Shown piece after piece: positions 36,587 through 47,272 of a stretch of DNA of 64,000 nucleotides (position 1 is its first letter; each line of letters begins with the position of its first letter). The notes under the pieces are model-generated. The model did not search any database. It was not told the origin of the DNA and saw only the letters and a program-made list of their open reading frames with translations. This DNA is from Steroidobacteraceae bacterium (GTDB lineage: Bacteria; Pseudomonadota; Gammaproteobacteria; Steroidobacterales; Steroidobacteraceae). The DNA is taken from positions 337 to 64,336 of the forward strand of contig DASXFY010000018.1 of NCBI GenBank assembly GCA_036489335.1. Reading direction: 5' to 3'. Both the position numbers and the translations under genes were made by a program.

Positions 36587-37564
36587 ATGACCAACCCTTC
36601 CCTTTTGCCTGTGCAGCCCATACGACTCGACGCGATCAGGGAGGCTCGTGCGCGGATTGCGTCCACGGTGACGCGGACGCCGATATTTCGCCTCGAGCTC
36701 GGCGCCGGTTTTCCGGATATCCGGCTGAAGCTCGAGAATCTGCAACCGATCAATTCCTACAAGCTGCGTGGCGCGGTGAACGCGGTTTCCGTGCTTGCGG
36801 AAAGCGCCCGCCAGCGGGGCGTTTGGACGATCAGCGCCGGCAATGCCGGCCAGGGAGTCGCGTATGCGGCGCGCAAGGCTGGCGTGCCCTGCACGGTCGT
36901 GGCCATAGAGACGGCGCCGGCGTCGAAACTGGAGCGCATGAAGGCTCTGGGAGCGACGCTGATTACGGTCCCCTATCAGGTCGCCTGGAAGGCGCTCGAG
37001 GAGCGTTCGTATCCGGGTATCTCGGGCACTTTCATCCACCCGTTCGACGATGACGACTTCATCACCGGACATGCGACCATGGGACTCGAGATACTGGAAG
37101 ACGTGCCGGATGTGCGTGCGCTCATTGCGGCCATCGGCGGCGGCGGTTTGGTGACGGGGGTGGGAAGCGCTCTGAAGGCCTTGAAGCCGGACGTCAAAGT
37201 GTGGGGAGCGGAGCCCGAGACCGCTGCACCTCTGGCGCGCTCGCTCGAGCTGCAATCGGCGCAGGTATTCAAGGAGTGGCAGCCTTCGTTCGTCGATGGC
37301 GCCGGAGGGATGAGCGTGTTTCCCCGCATGTGGGAGCGGATGCGCACCATCGTGGATGGGTCGATCGTCGTCAGCCTGGAGGAAACCCGGCGAGCGTTAC
37401 GCATGCTGGCGGATCGGCCGCGGGTCATCGCGGAGGGCGCCGGGGCCCTGTCGCTCGCCGCGGCGCTGACCGGCCGCGCCGGACCCGGCCCGATCGTTGC
37501 AGTCGTCTCCGGCGGGAATATCGATCTCAAGAAGCTCTGCGAGATCCTTGCCGCGACGGAGTGA
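36587..37564 (+). CDS. PLP-dependent threonine/serine dehydratase-family enzyme
   Basis: LENLQPINSYKLRGA (PLP-lysine motif) and the glycine loop AAIGGGGLVTGV. The start is ATG 36587 or TTG 36566. Confidence 0.88.
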   Translation: MTNPSLLPVQPIRLDAIREARARIASTVTRTPIFRLELGAGFPDIRLKLENLQPINSYKLRGAVNAVSVLAESARQRGVWTISAGNAGQGVAYAARKAGVPCTVVAIETAPASKLERMKALGATLITVPYQVAWKALEERSYPGISGTFIHPFDDDDFITGHATMGLEILEDVPDVRALIAAIGGGGLVTGVGSALKALKPDVKVWGAEPETAAPLARSLELQSAQVFKEWQPSFVDGAGGMSVFPRMWERMRTIVDGSIVVSLEETRRALRMLADRPRVIAEGAGALSLAAALTGRAGPGPIVAVVSGGNIDLKKLCEILAATE

Positions 37565-37581
37565 GCTCCCGGAGAATGCCG

Positions 37582-38082
37582 TCAGACGTGCGTACAGGTC
37601 ACGTGAGACTCTATCGGAGCCCCCTTTGCGCTGGGCATCGTCAGGTCGAAGGTGTATCGGGATGAGCCGAACGTTCTGACGACAGCCCTGCCGCCATCCT
37701 GGGGGTACTCGTCCTGCCACTGTGATCCGTTGAAGGTCGCGGAATGGCTGGATCGTGTGAAGTACGAGCCGTCGGTATCCACGCCGACGATGTTCCAGCG
37801 CTTCTCGCCGGGGTCATAGCCGACGAAAGTGGTCGCTACGTCGCCCGTTGTACCGTTCTGAGGCGGGTACGTAACGTGTACGCGCAGCCATGCACCGAAT
37901 ACGTCATTGACGCTCGTGAACCGCCACTTCTGTCCAGTGCTCTGGCGATTGACACAGTTGTATGTTCCTACCAGCAAATGGACAGCCTGTCCGGCGCTCG
38001 AAGACGCAGGTGTCGCTCCCGCGCTGCATGTAAAGCCCAGCATGCCGGCTGACACTACGAACAGTACCCGCTTACTCCGCAT
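37582..38082 (-). CDS. Exported hypothetical protein
   Basis: ATG at 38082 with GGAGG 6 nt upstream. Signal peptide MRSKRVLFVVSAGMLGFTCSAGA. No family recognised. Confidence 0.65.
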   Translation of the reverse strand: MRSKRVLFVVSAGMLGFTCSAGATPASSSAGQAVHLLVGTYNCVNRQSTGQKWRFTSVNDVFGAWLRVHVTYPPQNGTTGDVATTFVGYDPGEKRWNIVGVDTDGSYFTRSSHSATFNGSQWQDEYPQDGGRAVVRTFGSSRYTFDLTMPSAKGAPIESHVTCTHV

Positions 38083-38248
38083 GGCGACCTCCAGGAAAGT
38101 AGTAGACGGCCGGCCCAGGGCCGTTGGGATACAGTTATGCCATGGAATCCGATCCGGCTGCATGACTCGCGCGGCCTGTTGCGCCCAAGTGCTCCCGCGC
38201 TGCGGCACGTAACAAGTCGCGTGGTGGTGATCGGTGCCAGCGCGGTAA

Positions 38249-39277
<1,029 letters not shown>

Positions 39278-39392
39278 TCACTCGTGATTCGGGCTTTGCG
39301 TGGATTTTGGATCCTCGTAGAATCCGCGGCAATGGGTTTGCGACGGCGGGTCGCCCGGCGCGCTGACGGCTCAACTGCGGCGATCCAAACGC

Positions 39393-40703
39393 ATGCTTGC
39401 ACGAATATTCGACCTCGATGGCCACGGCACGACGGTACGCACCGAGCTCTTCGCCGGGCTGACGACCTTCCTCACGATGGCGTACATCGTCGTCGTCAAC
39501 CCGGTCATCCTTGGCGCGGCGGGCATGCCGATCGCGGGCGTCGCGGCCGCAACCTGCATTGCGGCCGGGTTCGGCAGCCTATTGATGGGGCTGCTCTCCA
39601 ATTACCCGCTCGCGCTCGCCCCCGGCATGGGGCTCAACGCCTACTTCACGTACACCGTGGTGAAAACCATCGGGCTGCCCTGGCAGGTGGCTCTCGGCTG
39701 CGTGTTCCTCTCGGCGGTCGCCTTCCTCCTGCTCACCCTTTCGGGAGTGCGGCAGCTCATCATGGACGCGATACCGCGGTCCCTTTTCGCGGCTGTGAGC
39801 GGTGGCATCGGCCTTTTCATCGCCTTCATCGGTCTCAAGGATGCGGGAATCGTCGTCGCCGATCCCGGTACGACCGTGGGCCTGGGGAAGCTGAGCGCAG
39901 TGACCCCCGCGCTCGCGATCCTGGGCCTGCTGATCATCGCCGTTCTGCAGGCCCGGGCCATCAAGGGCGCCATGCTCTTTGGAATTCTGGGCACCGCCGC
40001 CGTCGCGTGGATCTTCGGACTGGTCCACGTCGCTCCATATTCATATCACCTGACAGACCTGTCGGCGACCGCGTTCCGGCTCGATATTGTCGGGGCCCTG
40101 AACCTCAAGGGGGGCATTGGAGTCTCGCTGGTCGAGATCGTGTTCGTGTTCCTGTTCGTGGACCTGTTCGATAACGTCGGCACTCTGATGGCCGTCACGA
40201 AGCGCGCAGGGCTCGTCGCCGCCGACGGAAAAGTCCCACGCATGAACCGGATTCTGCTCGCCGACTCGATCTCGATGCTCGTCGGCGCGCTCGCGGGCAC
40301 GAGCCCGGTCACGAGCTATATCGAAAGTACCGCCGGGGTTGCGGTCGGTGGACGCACTGGGCTGACGAGCGTCACTGTCGGGGTGCTGTTCCTCGGCACT
40401 CTGTTCGTCGCGCCGCTCGTGCAGGCCATTCCGGCCGTCGCGACTGCGCCAGCCCTGGTGTTGGTGGGCGCGATGATGATGGGCTCGCTCGCGGATGTGG
40501 ATTGGCACGAGCCGGGCGAGGGCATCCCGGCCTTCCTGACCGCCATCATGGTTCCGCTGAGCTACTCGATCGCCAATGGCCTCGCCTTCGGCATCGTGAG
40601 CCATGCCGTGTTGAAGCTGGTCCGCGGGCGGGCCCGGTGGAGTGACTGGCTGGTGTACGTGCTGGCGGCGCTGTGCGTCGTTCGATTTATCTATCTGACC
40701 TGA
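39393..40703 (+). CDS. NCS2/AzgA-family purine (adenine/guanine/hypoxanthine) permease
   Basis: MLARIFDLDGHGTTVRTELFAGLTTFLTMAYIVVVNP is the characteristic N-terminus of this family. 436 aa, polytopic. Confidence 0.92.
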   Translation: MLARIFDLDGHGTTVRTELFAGLTTFLTMAYIVVVNPVILGAAGMPIAGVAAATCIAAGFGSLLMGLLSNYPLALAPGMGLNAYFTYTVVKTIGLPWQVALGCVFLSAVAFLLLTLSGVRQLIMDAIPRSLFAAVSGGIGLFIAFIGLKDAGIVVADPGTTVGLGKLSAVTPALAILGLLIIAVLQARAIKGAMLFGILGTAAVAWIFGLVHVAPYSYHLTDLSATAFRLDIVGALNLKGGIGVSLVEIVFVFLFVDLFDNVGTLMAVTKRAGLVAADGKVPRMNRILLADSISMLVGALAGTSPVTSYIESTAGVAVGGRTGLTSVTVGVLFLGTLFVAPLVQAIPAVATAPALVLVGAMMMGSLADVDWHEPGEGIPAFLTAIMVPLSYSIANGLAFGIVSHAVLKLVRGRARWSDWLVYVLAALCVVRFIYLT

Positions 40704-41289
40704 CCAACGGCTCGGGCGTGGTGGCCGCGCCGTCATTCGGCGCGTCGAAGAAATTCGGGCCGACGGGCTTGTGCTTCAGGATCTCCTCCCTCGTCAGTCC
40801 CTGGATCTCGTGCGGAAAGACCAGCCAGTGGGAAGTCTCGTGCACGAAGAAGTCCGGCACCAGCACGCTTTGCCGGCGCTCGGGCTTGTAGTACACGGTG
40901 GCGATGCGGATCTTCTCCGGCAGATTGCGCCGGCAGCGCCGCCTGAGCTGCGCGATGACCGCCTCGAGGCTGCGCCCGGAGTCGAAGACGTCATCGACGA
41001 TCAGCAGTTCATCCTCCGCTGCAAGACGCGACACAAGGTAGTCGGTCGCGTGCACCCGCACGGTCTTTTGCTGCATGTCGATGCCGTTGTACGAGGAAGT
41101 GCGGATCGCGATGTGATCGCAGTGGATCGAGTGGTACTCGAGCACTTCCTGCACCGCGATTCCGATCGGGGTGCCGCCGCGCCACATGGCGACCAGGAAA
41201 GTGGGCCGCATGCCGCTGGCCACGACCCGCCGCGCCAGCTCCAATGAGTCCTGGAGCAGTTGGTTGGCCGAAATGAATAGCTTTTGCAT
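40687..41289 (-). CDS. Purine phosphoribosyltransferase-family protein
   Basis: PRPP-binding motif LLIVDDVFDSGRSL. 200 aa. The 3' end overlaps the permease 3' end by 17 nt (convergent). Confidence 0.88.
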   Translation of the reverse strand: MQKLFISANQLLQDSLELARRVVASGMRPTFLVAMWRGGTPIGIAVQEVLEYHSIHCDHIAIRTSSYNGIDMQQKTVRVHATDYLVSRLAAEDELLIVDDVFDSGRSLEAVIAQLRRRCRRNLPEKIRIATVYYKPERRQSVLVPDFFVHETSHWLVFPHEIQGLTREEILKHKPVGPNFFDAPNDGAATTPEPLVRSDR

Positions 41290-41576
41290 GATGCTATTCT
41301 TTCACGACGCCGGCCATCTTGCGCAGGCGATCGTTGGCGAAATACTGCGCGTGGCCTTCCTCGATGGCTTGTACGACGAGGCCCGCGACGAATTCGGGTT
41401 TGTCGCCGTCGGTGTAACTGGCGGCGGGTCCGCCGGCCCGGGCGGCGGCACATGAGAAGGCTTGCGGGCGACGGCGTGGAGATCATGCCGATCCTGCCCA
41501 CCCCGGGAGCGTAATGCCGGCTCAGTCCGCCGGCAGCGACGCCCGGTTATGATGGCGCAACCCAGGAGGCGCGCAG

Positions 41577-42275
41577 ATGAAGATCGCCGACATGAATTGG
41601 GCGCAGGTCGAGGCCTACCTCGCGCGCGACGACCGGGCGGTTCTACCCATCGGCAGCACTGAGCAGCACGCCGGGCTGAGCCTCTGCGTCGATTACATTC
41701 TCTCCGAGCGCGTGTCGGTCGAAGCTGCCGAGCCCCTCGGCGTCCCGGTCTACCCGGGGGTCCCTTACGGGATGACGCCTTATTTCATGGCCTATCCCGG
41801 CACCGTCAGCGTGACGGCGGATACGTACGGCCGGCTGATCCGGGACGTCCTCGACAGCCTGACCACCCATGGCTTCAGGCGCATCCTGATCGTGAATGGC
41901 CACGGTGGTAATACTTCGGTGCAGTCGACGATCGCTGACTGGCGCGCGGCCAAGCCCGCAGTGAGCGTGAAGTTTCACAACTGGTACAACGCGCCGGCGA
42001 CCTGGCGCGCCGTGCAAGCCATCGATCCTGTGGCCTCGCACGCCTCCTGGATGGAGAATTTCCCGTGGACGCGGGTGGCGGGCGCCGAATATCCGGCGCA
42101 TCAGAAGCCGATGCTGGACACTTCGAATATCCGCGCCATGCAGCCTCGCGCCATCCGCGAATACCTGGGCGATGGCAACTTCGGCGGCCGCTATATCCAG
42201 TCGGACGAAGCGATGCTCGGTATCTGGCGTACGGCGGTGGAAGAGACGCGCGCGCTCATCGACGGCGGCTGGTAG
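41577..42275 (+). CDS. Creatininase (creatinine amidohydrolase) family protein
   Basis: VLPIGSTEQHAG and ILIVNGHGGN motifs. Confidence 0.88.
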   Translation: MKIADMNWAQVEAYLARDDRAVLPIGSTEQHAGLSLCVDYILSERVSVEAAEPLGVPVYPGVPYGMTPYFMAYPGTVSVTADTYGRLIRDVLDSLTTHGFRRILIVNGHGGNTSVQSTIADWRAAKPAVSVKFHNWYNAPATWRAVQAIDPVASHASWMENFPWTRVAGAEYPAHQKPMLDTSNIRAMQPRAIREYLGDGNFGGRYIQSDEAMLGIWRTAVEETRALIDGGW

Positions 42276-42289
42276 TCGCCGCCGCTCCC

Positions 42290-42733
42290 TCATTGAGCGA
42301 TCTCGGGCTCGACCAGCCTCGCCAGGTTGCGCAACGACTCCTGCCAGCCGAGATAGCAGGCCTCGACCGGAATGGCTTCCGGCAGTCCCTCCTGCACGAT
42401 GGTGATCTCCGTGCCGACGGACACCTTCTTCAGCGTCACGGTGACCTGCACTTCGCCGGGCAGGCCCGGCTCATCGAACCGGTCGGTGTAGCGCAGGCGC
42501 TCGCCGGGGACGAGCTCCAGGTACTTGCCCCCGAACGAGTGGCCCTGGCCGGTCGTGAAATTCCGAAACGACATCCGATGCGAGCCGCCGACCTTGGCCT
42601 CCAATTGATGCACGGTGCAGGTGAAGCCGTTGGGCGGCAGCCACTTGGCGGCCGCATCGGGCTCGATGAATGCGCGATAGACCTTGTCGGGCCGGGTGGC
42701 CAGGACTCGATGCAGCCGCACGGTGTTGGGCAT
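42290..42733 (-). CDS. SRPBCC (Aha1/START-like) domain protein
   Basis: 147 aa. Contains RVLATRPDKVYRAFIEPDAAAKWLPPNGF...GGKYLELVPGERLRYT, typical of the AHSA1-like family. Confidence 0.85.
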   Translation of the reverse strand: MPNTVRLHRVLATRPDKVYRAFIEPDAAAKWLPPNGFTCTVHQLEAKVGGSHRMSFRNFTTGQGHSFGGKYLELVPGERLRYTDRFDEPGLPGEVQVTVTLKKVSVGTEITIVQEGLPEAIPVEACYLGWQESLRNLARLVEPEIAQ

Positions 42734-42820
42734 GATCAGATCTCCTCGTATATCTCAGTCGTGGAAAGGATACTTCGAGGAGTAACCGAACGGGAGCTGC
42801 TCATTTCGACAGGTCGCGCA

Positions 42821-43930
42821 TTACCTCTGGTCTGGAGCGCGCAGCCGATAGACGGACAGGCTGTTGGTCACATCATCCACGACGGCATAATTGGGCCCGC
42901 CGTCGCTGTCGAGCACGGCGTCGAGGCCGAATGCGCCGCCCTGGCCGGCATCGACGTTATATTCACCCACGAAATGCCCGCTTGGCGTGAATTCGACTAT
43001 CTCGCTCGGGTGCGCGGTGTCGCCGTTCACCGCATCGCCGTTTGCAGTCAGAAGGTCGCCGTTCGGCGCGAATCGAAGCGCCAGCGGGCCACGCAGATGT
43101 GAGCTCGCAAATACGAGACGTCCCCGGCCCTTGGTGCCGGCGTGACTGGCGTTGTAAACCGCATAAATGGAATTGTCGCCGGTGGATGCGACGTAGAGTG
43201 TATCGCTGCGGTCGTCGAACGCGAGGCCGGTCGGCCCGACGATTACCGCTGCGACATTGGGTAGTACGGTGTATCCGCTCGCGATGGTGGTCATCCTGAG
43301 GACTTTGAGACCCTTGGCGCCGACCGTCACATCCAGTCTCGAGACCGTGCCGTTCGCCACGTTCGAAACGAAGATCTGCGCAGATCCGCCATGATCCTCG
43401 ATGGTGAGGTCCCATGGACCATCCAGGAACGTGGCGTCCGTCAGCGTCTGCACCCAGCTCCCGTTACGGTCGATGACCTGAAGGGCACCCTGGAAGACCG
43501 GGAATGCGCCACCGGTCGTAGGCACGTTCCCGACCACCACGAAGCCTCGCCGCAGCACCCCGAGGGCGGTGCTGAGCCCCGGCAGCGAGCTGCTGAAGAA
43601 AGTATTCGCCGTCCCGGGAGGTGCCACGATCCCCGCCGGCGAGAAGGAGATGATCGTCGTGCCGTTGCCCTGTATGTTGGATCCGTCGTTGAAATTGCTG
43701 ACGAGCACGTCACCCGACCTGATCTTGCCGCCCCCTGGAAAGCCTTCGGGGACGAAAGCCACGCCGTAAGGATTCTCATCGCCGTTCGCTGGCACTGTCG
43801 TCGTATTGAACAGTCGTGGAATGAAGGCGTCGGCCGCGAATGCGGGCACGTTGATGCTCGCCCCCACGCCCATCACAATTGCCAAGGCTACGTAAGCCGG
43901 TCGCGACCGGCGGGTGATTTTCGTATTCAT
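42821..43930 (-). CDS. Exported beta-propeller-like hypothetical protein (NHL-like repeats?)
   Basis: Signal peptide ending VPAFA-AD. Repeated Gly/Asp-rich beta-strand segments. No firm family call. Confidence 0.65.
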   Translation of the reverse strand: MNTKITRRSRPAYVALAIVMGVGASINVPAFAADAFIPRLFNTTTVPANGDENPYGVAFVPEGFPGGGKIRSGDVLVSNFNDGSNIQGNGTTIISFSPAGIVAPPGTANTFFSSSLPGLSTALGVLRRGFVVVGNVPTTGGAFPVFQGALQVIDRNGSWVQTLTDATFLDGPWDLTIEDHGGSAQIFVSNVANGTVSRLDVTVGAKGLKVLRMTTIASGYTVLPNVAAVIVGPTGLAFDDRSDTLYVASTGDNSIYAVYNASHAGTKGRGRLVFASSHLRGPLALRFAPNGDLLTANGDAVNGDTAHPSEIVEFTPSGHFVGEYNVDAGQGGAFGLDAVLDSDGGPNYAVVDDVTNSLSVYRLRAPDQR

Positions 43931-44047
43931 GAGAGAACTCCCCTAGAAGTCGCGGTGGTAGGTACCGCCACAAGGGAGAAGGGTTTCGCACGGGGCGAAC
44001 GAAAGGGGGCATGGCCAGCGGCGGCGGCCGGGCCGCCCGGCCACGGC

Positions 44048-44605
44048 CTACGTTTTCAGGCCTATCGGCAGAACCGTCCGGCCATAGTCACCATTGATGA
44101 CCTCGGCGGCCGAGAGATAGGCGGCCAATGCTGCGCAGACCAGGCCCAGATAGCCCCCGGCCGTGCGCAAGACGGTCGAGCCGCGCAGCTCGCCCGCCGC
44201 AAGCAGGAAGAAGGTGATCCAGAGTGTCAGGAACACGAGCTGCAGCACGGTGCTATGGCGGAATGAGGCGATCCACATGTAAAGGGTGAACACGCCCCAC
44301 ACCAGGAGGTACCAGCCGACGAATGCCGGTGGCGCGCCGCCGCCGAACTCGTGCGCGTAAGCCACGAACGAGAGCCAGAACGAGCCATATCCGACGAACG
44401 CGACCGTGGCGAACGTGTTGCCGCGGACGAACGAGAGAATCCCAGCGAGCACCTGCGCGCCGCCGCCGAACGCTAGCGCCATGGAAAGAACGATGGACAG
44501 GCTGCTGCTGTCGAACAGTCCGGCGTTGACCATGCTGAGGAGCCAGGTGGTGCTGGCGAAGCCGATCAGGCCGAGCGGAGCGGGATTGGCGAGTTTGGTT
44601 TCCAC
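44048..44605 (-). CDS. satP: Acetate/succinate uptake transporter, GPR1/FUN34/YaaH family
   Basis: METKLANPAPLGLIGFASTTWLL...RGNTFATVAFVGYGSFWLS...GRTVLPIG is closely colinear with E. coli SatP as I remember it. Confidence 0.92.
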   Translation of the reverse strand: METKLANPAPLGLIGFASTTWLLSMVNAGLFDSSSLSIVLSMALAFGGGAQVLAGILSFVRGNTFATVAFVGYGSFWLSFVAYAHEFGGGAPPAFVGWYLLVWGVFTLYMWIASFRHSTVLQLVFLTLWITFFLLAAGELRGSTVLRTAGGYLGLVCAALAAYLSAAEVINGDYGRTVLPIGLKT

Positions 44606-44631
44606 GAGTCCCCCTGTTTGCCATGGATGTT

Positions 44632-44647
44632 ATGGTACCGGTACCAT
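44632..44647. promoter_or_regulatory. Perfect 16-bp palindrome ATGGTACCGGTACCAT upstream of satP
   Basis: Read directly. It lies 27-42 nt upstream of the satP start, in the satP/yfcG divergent intergenic region. Confidence 0.45.
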
Positions 44648-44781
44648 CATCCTAGTCCCGTGCCCAGCTCACGTCAACGTACGGCCCCGGCCCTCTCTCG
44701 AAAGGCCGATTCTGCTCGCGCGCTCGCGGCGCTATGCTCTCCTGCAACGGCCGCTGCACGAATTCGCAATGGAGGTGTCGC

Positions 44782-45495
44782 TTGATCGATCTGCATTACT
44801 GGACGACCCCGAACGGACACAAGATCACGATGTTCCTGGAGGAAGCCGGGCTGCCTTATCGCATCGTGCCGGTCAACATCAGCAAGGGGGAGCAGTTCCG
44901 CCCGGACTTCCTGCGGATCTCGCCCAACAATCGCATTCCCGGGATCGTGGATCACGAGCCCCGGGACGGCGCGCCGCCCGTGTCCGTGTTCGAGTCCGGT
45001 GCGATTCTGTTGTATCTCGCCAGGAAGACCGGGAAGCTGATCCCGGCGGATCCGCGCGGCGAGGTGGAGACATTGCAGTGGCTCTTCTGGCAGGCTGCGG
45101 GGCTCGGGCCCATGGCCGGTCAGAATCATCACTTCACACAGTACGCGCCGGAGAAGATTCCCTATGCCATCGAGCGGTACGTCAAGGAGACGAATCGGCT
45201 CTACGGCGTGCTCAATCATCGCCTTGCTGATCGTCCGTACGTTGCGGGCCAGGCCTACACGATTGCCGACATCGCATCCTATCCCTGGATCGTGCCGTAC
45301 GAGAAGCAACAGCAGAGTCTGGATGACTTTCCACACCTCAAGCGCTGGTTCAACGGGATCAAGGCGCGGCCGGCGACCGTCCGTGCCTACGAGCGGGCGA
45401 GCGAAATCAATACCCAACCTTCCGTCAGCGAGGAGTCACGGGCAATCCTCTTCGGTCAAACGTCGGCCAATGTCGGCCGGGCGACAGTGAAATAG
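44782..45495 (+). CDS. yfcG: Glutathione S-transferase/disulfide reductase, YfcG-like
   Basis: TTG start at 44782 with GGAGG 5 nt upstream. IDLHYWTTPNGHKITMFLEEAGLPYRIVPVNISKGEQFRPDFLRISPNNRIPGIVDH closely resembles E. coli YfcG. Confidence 0.9.
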   Translation: MIDLHYWTTPNGHKITMFLEEAGLPYRIVPVNISKGEQFRPDFLRISPNNRIPGIVDHEPRDGAPPVSVFESGAILLYLARKTGKLIPADPRGEVETLQWLFWQAAGLGPMAGQNHHFTQYAPEKIPYAIERYVKETNRLYGVLNHRLADRPYVAGQAYTIADIASYPWIVPYEKQQQSLDDFPHLKRWFNGIKARPATVRAYERASEINTQPSVSEESRAILFGQTSANVGRATVK

Positions 45496-45580
45496 CGGCG
45501 GGGCGCGCGGCCCGCGCCTGGACTCCGCCGAAGGCCGGCAGTAGTCTCCCTCGCCAGCGAAATGATGGCGGGGGAGATCG

Positions 45581-47272
45581 ATGATCTGGGGAAAAACACA
45601 CCTTTTTGCGATAGCGCTCCTGGCCATCGCTGCGCCCGCGGCCTCGCCGGCCCATGCACAGAGCCGCTCGCAGGGGCGATCGATGGTCATCAGCCGCGGC
45701 GGCATCGTTGCCGCGGAGAGCCCGCTGGCTGCTCAGGCTGGCGCAACCATCCTTGCGCACGGCGGCAATGCCATTGATGCGATCGTAGCAACGAACGCGG
45801 CGATGGGCGTCGTCGAGCCAATGATGAACGGCATGGGCGGCGACCTCTTCGCCATCGTATACATCGCCAAGACCGGCAAGCTGTATGGCCTGAATGCCAG
45901 CGGCTGGTCGCCCGCAAAGCTCACGATCGGGTTCCTGAAGGCCAAGGACGTCACGAAGATGCCCGAGTTTGGAATCGACAGCGTTACGGTGCCGGGCGCG
46001 GTGGACGGCTGGTCGAAGCTGCTGTCGCGCTTTGGAACGCGGAAGCTGTCGGATGTGCTAGCACCGGCGATCGCCTATGCGCGCGACGGCTTCCCGGTGC
46101 CGGAGTGGGACGCGAACTACTGGAATCAATTCGCCGCCGCCCTGCACTCCAACCCAAATCTCTCGCAGACCTATCTGTTGGATGGGCACACGCCCGGCGT
46201 CGGCGAAATCTTTCGCAATCCCGAGCTGGCGCGCTCACTGGGGCAGGTGGCGCAAGGCGGCCGCGACGCCTTCTATAAAGGTGCGATCGCCGGCAGGATC
46301 GTCGCGCTGTCGCAAAAGCTCGGTGGCGCGATGACGGCCGAGGACCTGGCGGACTATTCGAGCCAGTGGGTGCAGCCGATCTCGACCCGCTATCACGGCT
46401 GGACGGTGTACGAATTGCCGCCGAACGGACAGGGGATCGCGGCGCTCATGATGCTCAACATCATGGAGCGATTCCCCCTCGGGCGTTATGGACAGAACTC
46501 CGCCGACGCGCTGCACGTGATGATCGAAGCGAAGAAGCTGGCGTACGCGGATCTGCTGCGCTACGTGGGTGATCCGCGCTTCAGCCACGTTCCCGTCGCC
46601 GCCATGTTGTCGAAGCGCTATGCCGCGGCGCGCGCAGCCCTGATAGACGCGAGCCGGGCCAATTGCAACGTGCCGCCCGGCAAGCCGACGCTGGCCACCC
46701 ACGGCGATACCACTTACCTGACCGCGGTCGACAGCCAGGGCAACATGGTGTCGCTGATCCAAAGCAACTACTGGGAGTTCGGCTCGCGCCTGGTGGCTGA
46801 CCATACCGGCTTCGTGCTGCAGGATCGCGGCGCGCTCTTCAATCTGGATCCCTCATCCCCGGATGCGCTTGCCGGCCACAAGCGGCCGCTGCACACGATC
46901 ATTCCCGCGTTCATGGAGCACGGCAATGACCGCATCGCGTTCGGCATCATGGGCGGCTTCAATCAGGCACAGGCCCATGCGCAGTTCGTCTCCGATGTCG
47001 TCGATTACGGCATGAACATTCAGGCCGCGCTCGAGTCGCCGCGCTTCACCAAGATGACGTTCAATGGCTGCGATGTCGAGATGGAAGATCGGATTCCTGC
47101 GAGCGTTCGCCGGGCACTCACCGCTCGCGGGCATCAAATACGGCTGCGCGGCGACTATACGGAGGACGTTGGCGGCGGCCAGGCCGTGATGCGTGATCTC
47201 GCGACCGGGGTCAACTACGGCGCCTCAGACCCGCGCAAGGACGGCGAAGCGATCTCCCAGCCGGTACCCTAG
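45581..47272 (+). CDS. ggt: Gamma-glutamyltransferase
   Basis: Signal peptide, MNGMGGDLFAIVY, the autoprocessing site HGDTTYLTAVD, and GGFNQAQAHAQ. Confidence 0.93.
   Translation: MIWGKTHLFAIALLAIAAPAASPAHAQSRSQGRSMVISRGGIVAAESPLAAQAGATILAHGGNAIDAIVATNAAMGVVEPMMNGMGGDLFAIVYIAKTGKLYGLNASGWSPAKLTIGFLKAKDVTKMPEFGIDSVTVPGAVDGWSKLLSRFGTRKLSDVLAPAIAYARDGFPVPEWDANYWNQFAAALHSNPNLSQTYLLDGHTPGVGEIFRNPELARSLGQVAQGGRDAFYKGAIAGRIVALSQKLGGAMTAEDLADYSSQWVQPISTRYHGWTVYELPPNGQGIAALMMLNIMERFPLGRYGQNSADALHVMIEAKKLAYADLLRYVGDPRFSHVPVAAMLSKRYAAARAALIDASRANCNVPPGKPTLATHGDTTYLTAVDSQGNMVSLIQSNYWEFGSRLVADHTGFVLQDRGALFNLDPSSPDALAGHKRPLHTIIPAFMEHGNDRIAFGIMGGFNQAQAHAQFVSDVVDYGMNIQAALESPRFTKMTFNGCDVEMEDRIPASVRRALTARGHQIRLRGDYTEDVGGGQAVMRDLATGVNYGASDPRKDGEAISQPVP

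Noticed and set aside
36404-37255. 283-aa minus-strand ORF across the permease/dehydratase divergent region.
   Set aside because: It is antisense to the PLP-dehydratase gene and spans the intergenic promoter. The composition is Arg/His-rich nonsense.
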